Of a stretch of DNA of 64,000 nucleotides, positions 8,230 to 20,300 are shown piece by piece. A program made the translations under genes and the position numbers. Origin of the DNA: an uncultured virus (IMG/VR IMGVR_UViG_3300045961_000160). Lineage: Duplodnaviria; Heunggongvirae; Uroviricota; Caudoviricetes. Numbering within the stretch: position 1 is the first letter of the stretch; every line of letters begins with the position of its first letter. The notes beneath the pieces were generated by a model. The model searched no databases, was not told the origin of the DNA, and worked only from the letters and a program-made list of their open reading frames with translations. The stretch is taken from the IMG/VR virus record IMGVR_UViG_3300045961_000160, one strand, 5' to 3'.

Positions 8230-11200
8230 TATCTACCAGAGTTTTCACGTTCAATTGCAAGAGCAGGATCAGCCATTTTACCAGTAAGCCCATAAAATTT
8301 CATAATACTATTCAAGTATTTATTGTCATTTTTTTGCTGACCGTAATATGGTCCTGCTGCTCTTGTATAAACTTCTTCTTGACCTGTAGCTGTATTATAC
8401 AACTGTGTAGTTAAATCAACCATTGTAGTCAAGTTTCCTTCTCCTAAAGGAGATTTCAAAGTAACAATGTTTCTTATTGTTTTAAATGCATCAGTAGGTT
8501 CAAAAGTTTCAACTTCTCGTTGAACACGCAAAGCCAATCTTAAATTTTGCAAATCCCAATAATCTTCAGAATCAAATCTTCTACCTGCTCTTTCTGTGTA
8601 ACGAGAATGAATCCAAGGTAAGTTAGGAAGACCTGTGCTGTTATCTAATTTATTAAATCGGTGTTTGTCATCTGGATCATAACTTGTTGTAAAATCATCA
8701 TCGTCATCATCATTAAACATAATACCACCAACAATTGCCATTAAAAGAATTTTAGCAGCTATTCCAGCAGTAGTATGTAACAAACCAATTTTTGCATTGT
8801 AATCCAATGTATTAAACTTACCAGTAAAAATTTGTTTTAATGCTTCAATGGCACCAATTACAGATCCAGTTTCAGCTCTTCCTAAATAAAGATTTACGCG
8901 CTTATCTGCTTTACCAGTTAATGCATTTTTAAATGAACGCAATGCACCTTTTCTTTTAGTACTAAATGCATATCTGTCTTGGAACATTGACGGAAAGAAC
9001 TTCAATAAAGCAAATGCATAACGGCCAAGTATGTGTCTATAAACATCCGGTTCAGAAAATTCATTTGCCTGACCAACTGTTTTTAACAGGACACCTTGAT
9101 GCATATTCATAAGCTTTTTAATTTGCTCTCCAAATATTACATTTCCATCTGAGTCATATGAAATAGAATATTCAGCAGGAACCCCAGCTTTTGTTTCAAT
9201 TCTTCCATTTACTAACTCAACTGCATTATACAATGGTGTTTTTTTACCATTAAGCTTAAAACTATGATTGTGTAAGAGTGCGTAAAAAGCATGAACTGCT
9301 ACAGATTCTTGCAACATTTTTCTGTCAAAAAATAAATGCTCTCCTTTAAATACAGATTGAGCAACTGTCTTGCTACCATAATCCCCAACATCTTTCTTTT
9401 CACGGTCTGGAATACCATCCATAATGTCAAGAAGTTGCAACTGGAGATTCTTTTGTTTGTTTGTAAATGAATCAGTAACAAGCTTGGCAACTGTAGAAGA
9501 AGCTATCGCCTGTGATGCAGCCAAACTTACTGGAGTGAATAAACGTTTGTCAACTGATTTTAAAGTCAACATAATTTTACCACCAAAGTAGTTGGTTAAT
9601 GATGCTTGCGGGTTTAAAGCAAACGCAGCTCTAGATAACAAACCTTGCATTTTTCTCAAAACTAAGTCTGCTGTTTTAACAGTAGAGCTTCTGTTTGTTT
9701 CAATTTGCTTTCCTTTAAATTGCTTATCAATAATTGAGATAATTTTATTTAAACGGTTAGTTCTTTCAACATCAGTTTTTTTAGTAAACCTGAGTGTATT
9801 TTTTAATCTGTTTTTTAATGACAAAACCGTAGATGGAATTGTTAAATCCTCCACTGTTGATTTGAGCATGTTTGCAAAACTATTTCTTTTTCTTAAAGCT
9901 TTATAATACTCAATTGAATACAACTGAATACCCATTGACTTAATAATATTTCTACTAACTTCATTTTTAGGAAGTCTGTAGTTACCTGAAATTGGTCTTG
10001 ATTGTGTATTGTACAAATCTGTTTCCGGATCACCGGCTGCAATCCCTAATTCAAAATCATCTGGTTGATTTCTCCAAACATTTAAAAAAGATTGAACCCT
10101 TCTTCTTAAATAACCTCTACTTGTTTTATCTTCTAAACTACTTTTTCTTAATGCAGGATAAAGCAAATATCTTTTTTGAGCATTATCTAATCCTTTTTGA
10201 TTATCCAGGAATTGATTTTTTACATACAACATGAGGTTAAATAAATCTCTGTTTTTAGAAAACATCAATTTGTAATCACCATTAATGTAAGTGGCATCTT
10301 TTCCATTTTCTCTTGGTAAAAATTGACCACGGTTATCAATATTGGCTAACACCAGTTTGCCATTTTGATCAATATAATCTCTTTCAACAAGTACTGTTTG
10401 ATACTGTGGTTTAACAGTACGCTTCATATAAGTAATGTTTGGTACTCTTGGTACCCCATCAACTTCTATGTATCCTATAAGTGCGCCAGTTGCTTTAGAA
10501 TAAACATTCTTTTTCTTATAGTACTTTTTATCAGTTGGCTTAGTGTATTGCCAAGCTGCAGATTTTCTAAATACATCAATCTCACCAATGATATTGTTTT
10601 GTGAATCACGCTCAACACCCATATCAGCATAATGGTTATTATAAAACCATTTTCCAAATGCCGGGTTAACAGCAATCAATTTATTTACAAAACTAACATC
10701 ATCAAGTACTTTTGAAAAATGACTCTGGTCAATAACATCTCCTCCATCAATATCCAAACCTTCAAAATTATCATAAATAAATTTTGATAAAAGATCATGT
10801 GAATCTTGAACTTGGTCAATCAATGACATGAAAGTATTCACATAAACATTAGTTGCTTCTGTGCTTGTAATACTTCTTAATTCAACATCAATTGCTTTAA
10901 CCCTTTCAACTTGCATAGGAGTAATACCAAAAGCCATTAAACCGCGCTTATAGCGGTCCATATAGTCATTATACTCATCTTGATCAGCTTGTGTCCTAAA
11001 GGCATTGTAGTAAGCGTAGTAATCAATTAAATCATTGAGTCTTGAACTCTCTTCTTTGGTTAATCCAGAAAGAGTAAATAACTGGCGTTGTGCCTCAACA
11101 ATTTGTTCATGTAATTCAGTAATGCGGATTTGTTCATTTTCACTTAACAAAGTACCGTCATACTGACCAGTAGTATCTTTGTTAGCTTTCAAAATGGTGT

Positions 11201-14200
11201 AAATCTCATCATATAATGGTGTTACATCTACAATAGAGTTATTAACTGCAGTAAGTGGTTCCAGTATTTGTTTTTTTTCATCAAGCAAACCACTACGATA
11301 CTCAAAGTAACTTTCATCAAGTTGAACTGTAGTGTTATTAACAATCCACTTGTCAACTTCAGCTTTAAAAGCAGGGCTATTTCTAACTAAGTTTTTTACA
11401 TTAATTAGGTAATCTTCATATGCTTCTTGTGCTCTTTCAAACTCACCTTCAACTTCTTCATATGTATGAAAGTCTTTGGTAAGTTTAGCATATTCAGTTA
11501 GAACTTTAGCTACAGCTAAATCCATTCCTGTTTTTAATTTACCATCTCTATCATATATGTTTTGCAATTGCTGGTAGTCATACCAAATTTTTTGCATTGC
11601 ATCACTTAATGCATAGTTACCCGGATCCGCATTTAAATTATCTTTGAGTAAACGCATTTCCTCAAAAAGAGCATCTCTTCTTAAACGCGCTTCAACACCT
11701 TCTGGAGTTCTGAACATTTTATCATGCTCATAGTATTCAGGAATGTTATCACGGGTCATGTAATCATTTAAAAAATCCTCCAGTGCAAACTCTGCTAACT
11801 GTAAAGCTTTTAAATGTTCTTCTTTACCATAAGCTTGGTATTGTTTTCTAGCTTTATCTACAGCCAAAGTAAGTTTAGCCATAGCCAATTCATGCCCATT
11901 AAAGTTGCTGATAAAAGCATATTCTTCAAATTCTTGAACCTCATTGTTTACAATTTCAAAAGAGCGGTTAGTTTGCTGAATGGCTTCTCCTAAAGCTTGC
12001 TCTCCGAATATATGTGTATCAAACCCTGCTTTCTTTAGAAGAGGTTGAAGGTTTTGCAAGAACTTGGTTTCTTTGGCATTAGTATTTGCATTTACCTCTT
12101 GTAAAACTTCATTAACATAACTAGAAAATCCTTGAACAATAATGTCTTGGTTCATTAAGTGAGACTCAATCATTCCATTCATCCAACTAGAATCACCTAA
12201 ACGATTCTGCATTGTATATTTAATTTGTTCTTTGGAAATATCTTTTCCAGACAATGATTTTAATTCCAAAAATTCCATTCTTGGAACCTCTGTATTTACA
12301 TCAGGAAATTGTTTTGCTTTAAGAGTTTTTAACTCATTGAGTTCTTCAACAGTTAATCCATAATACTCTTCATGTAACCTATTGTATTCAACCATCTGGT
12401 TAGCTTTTTTCAAAGCATCCATCTGATCTAAAAAATCCTGTTTAATTGGATTGTAAATTTTAATAAGGTTGTCATAAAGCACATCAATAACCGCATTAAT
12501 TTTTAACTCATCAAGTTTAGCAGTCATTGAGTTTAACTTTTGCTGCATGTCAGCCAATCTTTTACCCAAAGGATTATTGATTGAAGTATATGACTCTGGA
12601 GCAGTCATTGCAGTAAAATAATCAATTCTAGATCCATTAGTCAACTTATTGATATAATCTCTCCAGTGACTAACATATGTATCCAAAGCATGCAATGCAT
12701 CCAAATCAGTATTATCAGTAACACCATTTGCTACCAAGTCATCAATTTTGACTTCAAATTTATCAAACACTAATGCCGCCTGAACAAAACCATTGACAAA
12801 TGAATTCAAACGGTTGTTGAATTCAGTTAAATCATTTTGTGTAATCCCTGTTTGCTGAATTAGTGTTAATGGTAAGTTTGGTTTCTTGCTATTAGTTGAA
12901 AGGACATCTAAAATCTTTACCAGTTTTTGTAATTCCCCATTAAAGTTTTCATCACCTAAGTCATCTTTTAACAATTTAAAAATATCATTTTCTCTTGTGA
13001 AGTTGCTTAGTTGTTTTTTAGCAATGTCATAAAACTCATTAATAATCTTTTGAGTGACTTCTGCTGAATCTTTTGCTAACTGCTTGACCTCTGCATCATA
13101 TTCTCTTGAAAACATGATGACATCGTCTTCATTTAAAAAATCAGTATCTAAAATAAATTCACCACCTTCATTGATCATATTAAAAAACTCCGAGATACTT
13201 GTAGTTTCTCGCAGTTTTGAGATGTTGATTTTTTTACCAAATGCTTTTCTTAAAAACTGTTTGATCTCAAACAATAATTTTTGCATCCAGGATTTAGGTA
13301 CCGCAAATTTATTTTCTAATGCACGCACAATTACCTCTTCCATAAACTCAGTAGAGTTTGGAACATAGTCAGAAGACTCACCAGAAATAGTATTAAAAAT
13401 TAATTCACCTTCTTTTGTGGCCATTAATTCAGAATACAAATTAGCAAAAAGCTGCGGATTAGATTTTGCTAAAGCTTTAACAATTGGGTGTGCAAACTCA
13501 TGAAATACTACATTGGCATCAAAAGCCCCATTCACTAAGTAAACAGTTCCGCTTTTGTAAAAGCTTCTTACTTTACCAGTATTTTCACTAATTCCAAAAC
13601 GCGGACCCAAATCAGATTTAGAGATTATCTCTACAGGAATGCCCAATTGAGTTGAAAGTTTTACAATTTGATTAATTGCTCTTTCAGAGTTTTCCGCTTT
13701 GACAAGTTCTTGAATGTCTCTCAACACATCTTCTTCACTCATTAACTCCGGAGACTCTAATGTATTAGGAGCTAATTCATCTTCTACTGAATATCGGTCA
13801 ACTAATTTTTCCAAAACCACTTTGGCAGGACGCACTGTTTCATTTTGCTCAAAGTAATCTCTGTAAGCTTCTTGTTTACCCACAACTAAACTCAAAGCAT
13901 CTAACTTGCGTTTGTTTTCAGCAGAGATTTTTAATTTAGGATTAAACATCATTGTTCTCAACAATGCATCTTCAATAACCGCTACTTGATCTCTATCTGT
14001 TGTATGATCCCAACTTGCTTTTGTTGTATCAAAGATGTTATCTATTAAGCTTTCATCTTGGGCTGTAGGAGAAATGTATTCCTCAACACCCACGGTATCA
14101 TCAGCAAATTCCTGAAACGGTTGATCAGTTTTTTCACTTGGTTTAATGCCACTTAATGTCAACTCGGTAAGAGTTGGAAACATGTCTGTATTATTGTTGC

Positions 14201-14300
14201 TCATCCACAAACTGATTTTAGCTTTTAAAACGTCTGGATGAAGACCTGTTTGATTTAACAAGTCTTTGTACTGTGGATGTGATGTGTTTATGCAGTGCAT
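8226..14300 (-). CDS. giant virion cargo/ejection protein with zincin-like domain
   Basis: 2024 aa; HEFAH at 13488-13502 with a downstream EE; hydrophobic segment near the C-terminus; follows the virion RNAP as in crAss-like phages. Confidence 0.75.
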   Translation of the reverse strand: MHCINTSHPQYKDLLNQTGLHPDVLKAKISLWMSNNNTDMFPTLTELTLSGIKPSEKTDQPFQEFADDTVGVEEYISPTAQDESLIDNIFDTTKASWDHTTDRDQVAVIEDALLRTMMFNPKLKISAENKRKLDALSLVVGKQEAYRDYFEQNETVRPAKVVLEKLVDRYSVEDELAPNTLESPELMSEEDVLRDIQELVKAENSERAINQIVKLSTQLGIPVEIISKSDLGPRFGISENTGKVRSFYKSGTVYLVNGAFDANVVFHEFAHPIVKALAKSNPQLFANLYSELMATKEGELIFNTISGESSDYVPNSTEFMEEVIVRALENKFAVPKSWMQKLLFEIKQFLRKAFGKKINISKLRETTSISEFFNMINEGGEFILDTDFLNEDDVIMFSREYDAEVKQLAKDSAEVTQKIINEFYDIAKKQLSNFTRENDIFKLLKDDLGDENFNGELQKLVKILDVLSTNSKKPNLPLTLIQQTGITQNDLTEFNNRLNSFVNGFVQAALVFDKFEVKIDDLVANGVTDNTDLDALHALDTYVSHWRDYINKLTNGSRIDYFTAMTAPESYTSINNPLGKRLADMQQKLNSMTAKLDELKINAVIDVLYDNLIKIYNPIKQDFLDQMDALKKANQMVEYNRLHEEYYGLTVEELNELKTLKAKQFPDVNTEVPRMEFLELKSLSGKDISKEQIKYTMQNRLGDSSWMNGMIESHLMNQDIIVQGFSSYVNEVLQEVNANTNAKETKFLQNLQPLLKKAGFDTHIFGEQALGEAIQQTNRSFEIVNNEVQEFEEYAFISNFNGHELAMAKLTLAVDKARKQYQAYGKEEHLKALQLAEFALEDFLNDYMTRDNIPEYYEHDKMFRTPEGVEARLRRDALFEEMRLLKDNLNADPGNYALSDAMQKIWYDYQQLQNIYDRDGKLKTGMDLAVAKVLTEYAKLTKDFHTYEEVEGEFERAQEAYEDYLINVKNLVRNSPAFKAEVDKWIVNNTTVQLDESYFEYRSGLLDEKKQILEPLTAVNNSIVDVTPLYDEIYTILKANKDTTGQYDGTLLSENEQIRITELHEQIVEAQRQLFTLSGLTKEESSRLNDLIDYYAYYNAFRTQADQDEYNDYMDRYKRGLMAFGITPMQVERVKAIDVELRSITSTEATNVYVNTFMSLIDQVQDSHDLLSKFIYDNFEGLDIDGGDVIDQSHFSKVLDDVSFVNKLIAVNPAFGKWFYNNHYADMGVERDSQNNIIGEIDVFRKSAAWQYTKPTDKKYYKKKNVYSKATGALIGYIEVDGVPRVPNITYMKRTVKPQYQTVLVERDYIDQNGKLVLANIDNRGQFLPRENGKDATYINGDYKLMFSKNRDLFNLMLYVKNQFLDNQKGLDNAQKRYLLYPALRKSSLEDKTSRGYLRRRVQSFLNVWRNQPDDFELGIAAGDPETDLYNTQSRPISGNYRLPKNEVSRNIIKSMGIQLYSIEYYKALRKRNSFANMLKSTVEDLTIPSTVLSLKNRLKNTLRFTKKTDVERTNRLNKIISIIDKQFKGKQIETNRSSTVKTADLVLRKMQGLLSRAAFALNPQASLTNYFGGKIMLTLKSVDKRLFTPVSLAASQAIASSTVAKLVTDSFTNKQKNLQLQLLDIMDGIPDREKKDVGDYGSKTVAQSVFKGEHLFFDRKMLQESVAVHAFYALLHNHSFKLNGKKTPLYNAVELVNGRIETKAGVPAEYSISYDSDGNVIFGEQIKKLMNMHQGVLLKTVGQANEFSEPDVYRHILGRYAFALLKFFPSMFQDRYAFSTKRKGALRSFKNALTGKADKRVNLYLGRAETGSVIGAIEALKQIFTGKFNTLDYNAKIGLLHTTAGIAAKILLMAIVGGIMFNDDDDDDFTTSYDPDDKHRFNKLDNSTGLPNLPWIHSRYTERAGRRFDSEDYWDLQNLRLALRVQREVETFEPTDAFKTIRNIVTLKSPLGEGNLTTMVDLTTQLYNTATGQEEVYTRAAGPYYGQQKNDNKYLNSIMKFYGLTGKMADPALAIERENSGRY

Positions 14301-14304
14301 CTTA

Positions 14305-17300
14305 TTAACAATTATTTTGTTGTTCTATAATTTCTTCTTGCTCAACCAAAGATAGAGATAAAAATTCCGCTTTTGAAAGTGTTCCAGTGTAACTAGAAAA
14401 AAGTTCTTCACTTCTTTTCTGTTCAGTTTCACCAATTGATTCTACTATAATCGGAGCCTTAACTTTGTTTGCTCTAAATTTAATGATGTCATCTTTCATT
14501 TTGTACAATGCCTGCTCTATGTAACTTGCCAGTAATGAATTACCAATAGTAATTTTACCTTTAGAAGCAGTTAACGCATTAGCAAACTGAATTTTGTACT
14601 TCTGGTTTCTATTAAGTTCTTTGACAATTTTGTCATAAACAATAGCCACGCCTGATTCAAAAAGTTCAACTTCAGTCAATTTATTAAACCAGTTATCAGA
14701 TTTGTTTGAGTCAAATAAGTAACTGATCAATTCTTTACCTTTTAACTCTTCAGATGTAGTAACTGTAGAGACTTCAGACTCTGCATCTTTTCTACGCATT
14801 TCATAGTACTTACCAACTGCTGTATACACAGGAACTTTTACAAAACCGCTGTTTTCTAAATATTCAATTGCCATTTGATCAATACCAGAAGCCGTACCTA
14901 CATTGAATACTTTAACACCGGCATCAATTGCTTTTTGAATTAATGGTTTGTGGTAAGATTCAAATGTTTCATTGAGGGCTTTTTGGAACTCTTCTAATGT
15001 AGTATTACGGTAAGCATTTGCAAATACACCGCTACCAAAAATCCATACAGAATCAGCAGATTTAAATTTAGTCTTACTGGTTGCTAATTTATTTGGTTCA
15101 GTTCTATTAATTTCATTAATGTACATTTCAGTAGATGATTTGTACTTAGGATTAAGAACTGTCGCTTTTCCTATAGCAACTGTAGATGCATTGGCCATAG
15201 CCTCATCTTTAACAGAGTGAATAGGTTTTAACTCGGTACCTAATCCAGCAATAGACAAGAACCCTTCTTTTTTAAATTTAGACTTGTACTCCAACTTAGG
15301 ATAAGTTCCAGTGTTGTCAATTCCAAATTTATCTAAAAGCAAAGCATCAAATTTCTTTTGATCTTCTCCTGCAGGAACTATCATCCGCTCATTAAGAATG
15401 GCTATTTTTTTGCCCTCTAATTCATTTGCAAATTCTTCTGGGGTGTATTCACCATCTTCATCAAAAAATAAATCTACAGTCACCGGAGATACTCCTTTCG
15501 GCAATGAATTAAAGTTAGTTCTAATGTCTACATTATTAAATGCCAAAACTGTTTCAGATTTTTCTTTTGATTGACCCCATGTAAGTTTTTGAACTTCATA
15601 GTTATAACCTTTAGCTCTTACTTTATACTTAGTAGCCAACATGTTTTCAAACAATGTTTTAAATTGACCAAGCAATTGTAAGTCTGGTTCAACTGGTGCA
15701 TTATTTGGATTTCTGTTGTTCAACTCCGCAGCTTTTATGTTGTCAAAAACTTGAGCTAATTCATTTTCTACACGGGCAACACCAATACCATTTTCAATTA
15801 CATCTTGTAAATGGTTAGCATCAATGATTTTACCTAAGTCATATTTTGATCTTCGGTTTAATCCTGTTTGCATTATAGCAATGTGATTAAACAAATTAAA
15901 GAACTCTCTCACTTCCGGAGCAGAATGATTTTGCAAGTTTGCTAAGTTTTCTTTGTACTTAGCGCGCATTTGTGGATCATTAATTTCCGGTAAGAACATG
16001 TTGCTCTTCATGTTTGGAACATCATAATTAAAGCGCATGTCATTAATTAATGAAAATTCTTTGGCCAGTTCAGGATATTTTAATCTGAAATTCTTAAATA
16101 TGTTTGCAACACTTGTTGGCCCACTGAAATATGCAATGTGATTTCTTGATTTGTACAATGCAATTTTTTGTTTCAAGTATAAATCAGAAACAGGCTTTCT
16201 AGGGTTATCTAAGAAATAGTATTGAGATCTTAATTCAGAAACATCAATATCTTTTAACTTTTCAAATTCAATATAGTATCTCAAAAATTGATTTGGTGTA
16301 GCAAAATTTGATACAACATTAGTTAAGCCCGCTGCCGGATTTTGCAATTCATTTGAATAAAGATTGGAACCAAATGTTATGGTTTTTGTATCTTCATCAA
16401 TACTTAACGGTGCATTTGCATCAGTGCTTGTAACCAAATCATAACCATTGTATTTGTTATCTTGATACAATGAGTTTTGATACAAGAAGAATAAAAAGTC
16501 ATTCTTAAAGTCATTACGCATAACTTCAGGAATAATCCCTTTAACTGTGTCCAGACTAACAGAAACTTTTACTACTGCAGGATTATTTCTAAAACTAAAG
16601 TATCTTTCAAAAAGATCTACAATAAATTGGTCATTGTTAAATTGACCAACTGGTGTGTTTTTTATTCCTTTGTCTGTAAACCAATCATTTGGTACATACT
16701 TCTTTTTACTTTGATATGCTTCAATATCATCTATTCTTTTTTGAGCTTCAGAAATTGAAGATACTTTATTGGTATCAAATCTTGAAAGCTGTTGGAATTT
16801 AGATACATCATTTGCAATCTTTTCAATCTGAATGTATTCTGCTAAAGCTTCAATCTCTCTGAATTTAGGTTTACCACCAATCATATTAAACAGCTCCTCT
16901 TCAGAAAACGGAGTTTGATTTTTATTAAAGATAGCATTGAATGCCGCAGCTTCATAACCGTTTTCAGCAAATAGGTCTTTGTATTTCTCAAATACCATTG
17001 CTTGCGCTTTAGAATTAATCTTAGATGCTGGTACAACCGGATTAACATCAGGATCAGTTGATAATGCAGAATAAACACCATTCAATTCTTTTTTGAATTG
17101 ATTGTATTCCATTACCAACGGTGAAGATGCCAAATAAGCAGCAGATTCTAAATCAACACCTGCCATAACCATGAACAACAAAGTTGGTGTATTTTCTTTG
17201 TTACCTTGCATATTGAAGACCCATGCATCTTTGGCAACATCTACATAACCATTAATCAACTGAGAAAGTAAATCTGAAATAGATTGGTTCTTTGTGTTGT

Positions 17301-20300
17301 TAATAAACCCTAATGCAATTTGTTTACCAAATTCACCTTCAACTGAATTGTGATTTAAGTTGAATGTATGGCTTCTGAATTTGTTTATTATATCAGTTGC
17401 TGTCTCTTTAGCTTTAGGAGAAGCTGACGCATCATTAAGTGTAGCTAGTGCTTTGTCAAAAGCTTCTTGTTCTTTTGGAGATACCGCATTTAATTTGGCA
17501 CCAAAAGTAGTAAACACCGCATAGAACGTTGCAGTTACTGCAGCAATACCTAATGAGTCTAAACCTACAGAGTTTTCTTGATGTTTAAGCAAGTTGTATC
17601 TGTAATCAAAGATTGTAGACTTAGAAATCTTTTTTCCTGCTTTACCGTTGGCTCTGTCATATTTTGAATACTTAGATCCAGACTTAGACGCATTTAATTT
17701 ATCAGCAATCTTTTTAGAAATTGGTAATGCTGTTTTTGTAGAGTTGGCTGTAACCAAATCTTTAATGTTACCTGGAAGCAAAATTCTTTCAGCAAATAAA
17801 CCTAGAAGTTCATTTTCTAAACCTTTTATAGACTTGCCATAAATTTTTCTTTGAACTAATTCCAGTTCTTCATTTTTAACATCTAGTTGTTTTTGCAACT
17901 CATCAATTTTAGATTTGTTGTAATTAAAGAAGTCAACAGCAAGTTCCGCTCCTAACTCTTTATACATTCTATCTTTAATTGCTTGCTCTTGAATTTCAAT
18001 TAAACTGTTTACTGTATTAATTTGATCAGTGTATTGTTCAATAAACGGTACTCTATTTTTAGCTGAAATGTCAGCAAATTTCCAAATTCCTTTTTGAGCA
18101 GCATTCAAATAACCATATAGTTCTTTTCTGGTTTCAAAAAGATTTTTTTCTAAACCTTGCTCTTTTTGAATTTGCGCTTTAATCTCTGCTGAAATGGCAT
18201 TACTTTCTTCCCAGAATTTATTTCTATCTTCATACAATTCAGAAATAGAATCTTGCAATCTAGAAATAACATCCGCAATGCTTTCCTTAGATTCATACAA
18301 TTCTTCTATAGGTGTTGTAACATCACCCATGTATTTTTGTAATTCAACTTTCTTACCAATCTTAACAATGTTTGGAAACTGAGCAAACAATTTATCAATG
18401 TCATAATCGGATCCGGCTTTAGCAACAATCTCTGCTGGTAAAATAACAATTGGTCCCGCCCATTCTGGTAAGAATTCAGCAACAGTAATTGACTCTAATG
18501 CATTTGGTCCCTGTGATGGAATACGATCACCTGCAATTTGTAAAAACTGCTCATGATCTTTATTCCATTGAGGATTTCTAATTGCTTCATTTAATCTCAA
18601 GCGGGATGCCTCAAGGTCTAATTCTTTTTTACCATCTTTTGTTTCAGTGTAAACCGCAATTGGATTACCATCAAAATGATTTAAATAAAGTAACTTTTTA
18701 AAGTCACCTTGCAATGAAATTTTAACTTCCATTGCTTTAACAATCCAACTTTTGTTTTCATTAAGGACCGGATCACCATTTTCATCAACTACATGATAAA
18801 ACTTCAAACCGTTTGAACCATAATTGTAAATATCAGCCGCTGTAGGATTTTGCAAGTTAGCAAAAGCAGAAGCCTTAGTAGAATCCTCAAACATCGTTCC
18901 TGGCACCTGTACTAAAGCTTCACCAGTAACTTTTAAAGCTCTTAATTTCTTGTCTGCAAGTGTGGTTAAAATAGATTCTATTTTTTCACTGTACATTGAC
19001 AAAGACAAATCAGATTTTAATTTACCATCAGGAGTAGTAATAAACTCAATATCTTCTGGTAAAAGATCATTGTTTTTCATTTGAGCTTGTAAGTAACTAA
19101 CAAGTTTAGATGAATCTCCAACATACTTGCCGTTCTCTAATTTCAAACCAATGTCTTCTAGTAATTCATTTTTTAAATGCGCTTGGATTTTAGAAATGAC
19201 AATTTCATAACGCTTGTACCAATCATAATTCTTAGAAGCCTGTCTTCTTTTTGACTCAGATTTAAGAGCTTCCCACTTTTGCAATCTTTCAGCATCAGAT
19301 AAATTTGGCATAAAATCAGTTGGGCCAAAGTTGTCCATTAATCCAAGAACAATCATTTTACGCTTTTGAGTAGGAAGAGTAATCTTCTTTTTATATCCAG
19401 CAGCAATAAAAATTTGATTCTTTAAGTATTTAGAACTGATTCTGTTTACAGTAAATGCAACTGAATTTAAATTTCTTTTTTCATCATATACATTGTCAAA
19501 CTCAGCTTTAAATCCTGATTCTGTATCCGCTTTTACAACCTTAGAAATAGATGACACTTTTGATCCAGACTGCATGGTAACATAATCAATACCTTGCTCC
19601 ATCATTTGATCATGAAGTTTCTTTAATGGTGTGTTTTCAATTAAAGCTGGAATAAGCGGCATAAGTGAATACTTATGGAATGCCATCATTTGTAAACCAA
19701 ATTGTTTACTGTTATTGTTATTTACAGACCCATAATACTGAAACTTTCTTACCGGAAATGTAGATTTAATATCAGACTGTGCAATAGTTTCACCAGCAAG
19801 CATTTTTTGATAAAGTGCTTCTTGTGCATCAGACCACTCATTACATGAAAGGTTCATTAAACGGTAAGCATCAAATGAAATCCAACCGGCACCATCCGCT
19901 TCTTTCATCATGTCTCCATCACCATAACTTTCAGCATCAATTCCAATGATGTCTTTGAGTTGTTGTAAGTATGCAGAAGAAGTTTCTTTTTCTTTAATTA
20001 CAGCTGTATTTAAATAGCCAGTGTAATCTCTTTTGTAACTTTCACCATTATGTTTTTTGGCAAATCCAAAATTGTTAAATGCGGGATCATTTACAAAGTT
20101 TAAGAAAGATGAGTCAGATGCAAAAATATTACCAGTTGAAATCAAACCGGCAATACGCTTATGATAATCTTCACCTTCTACTTTGTATAAAGAAGCATCT
20201 CCAATAAACAATGTGGAGTAATTAGCATTCTCAATAAAGTTGTTTAAAACAAATGTCTTAAACATTTTCTTTCTTGTTTGCTTTACAGTTTGATTTTCAT

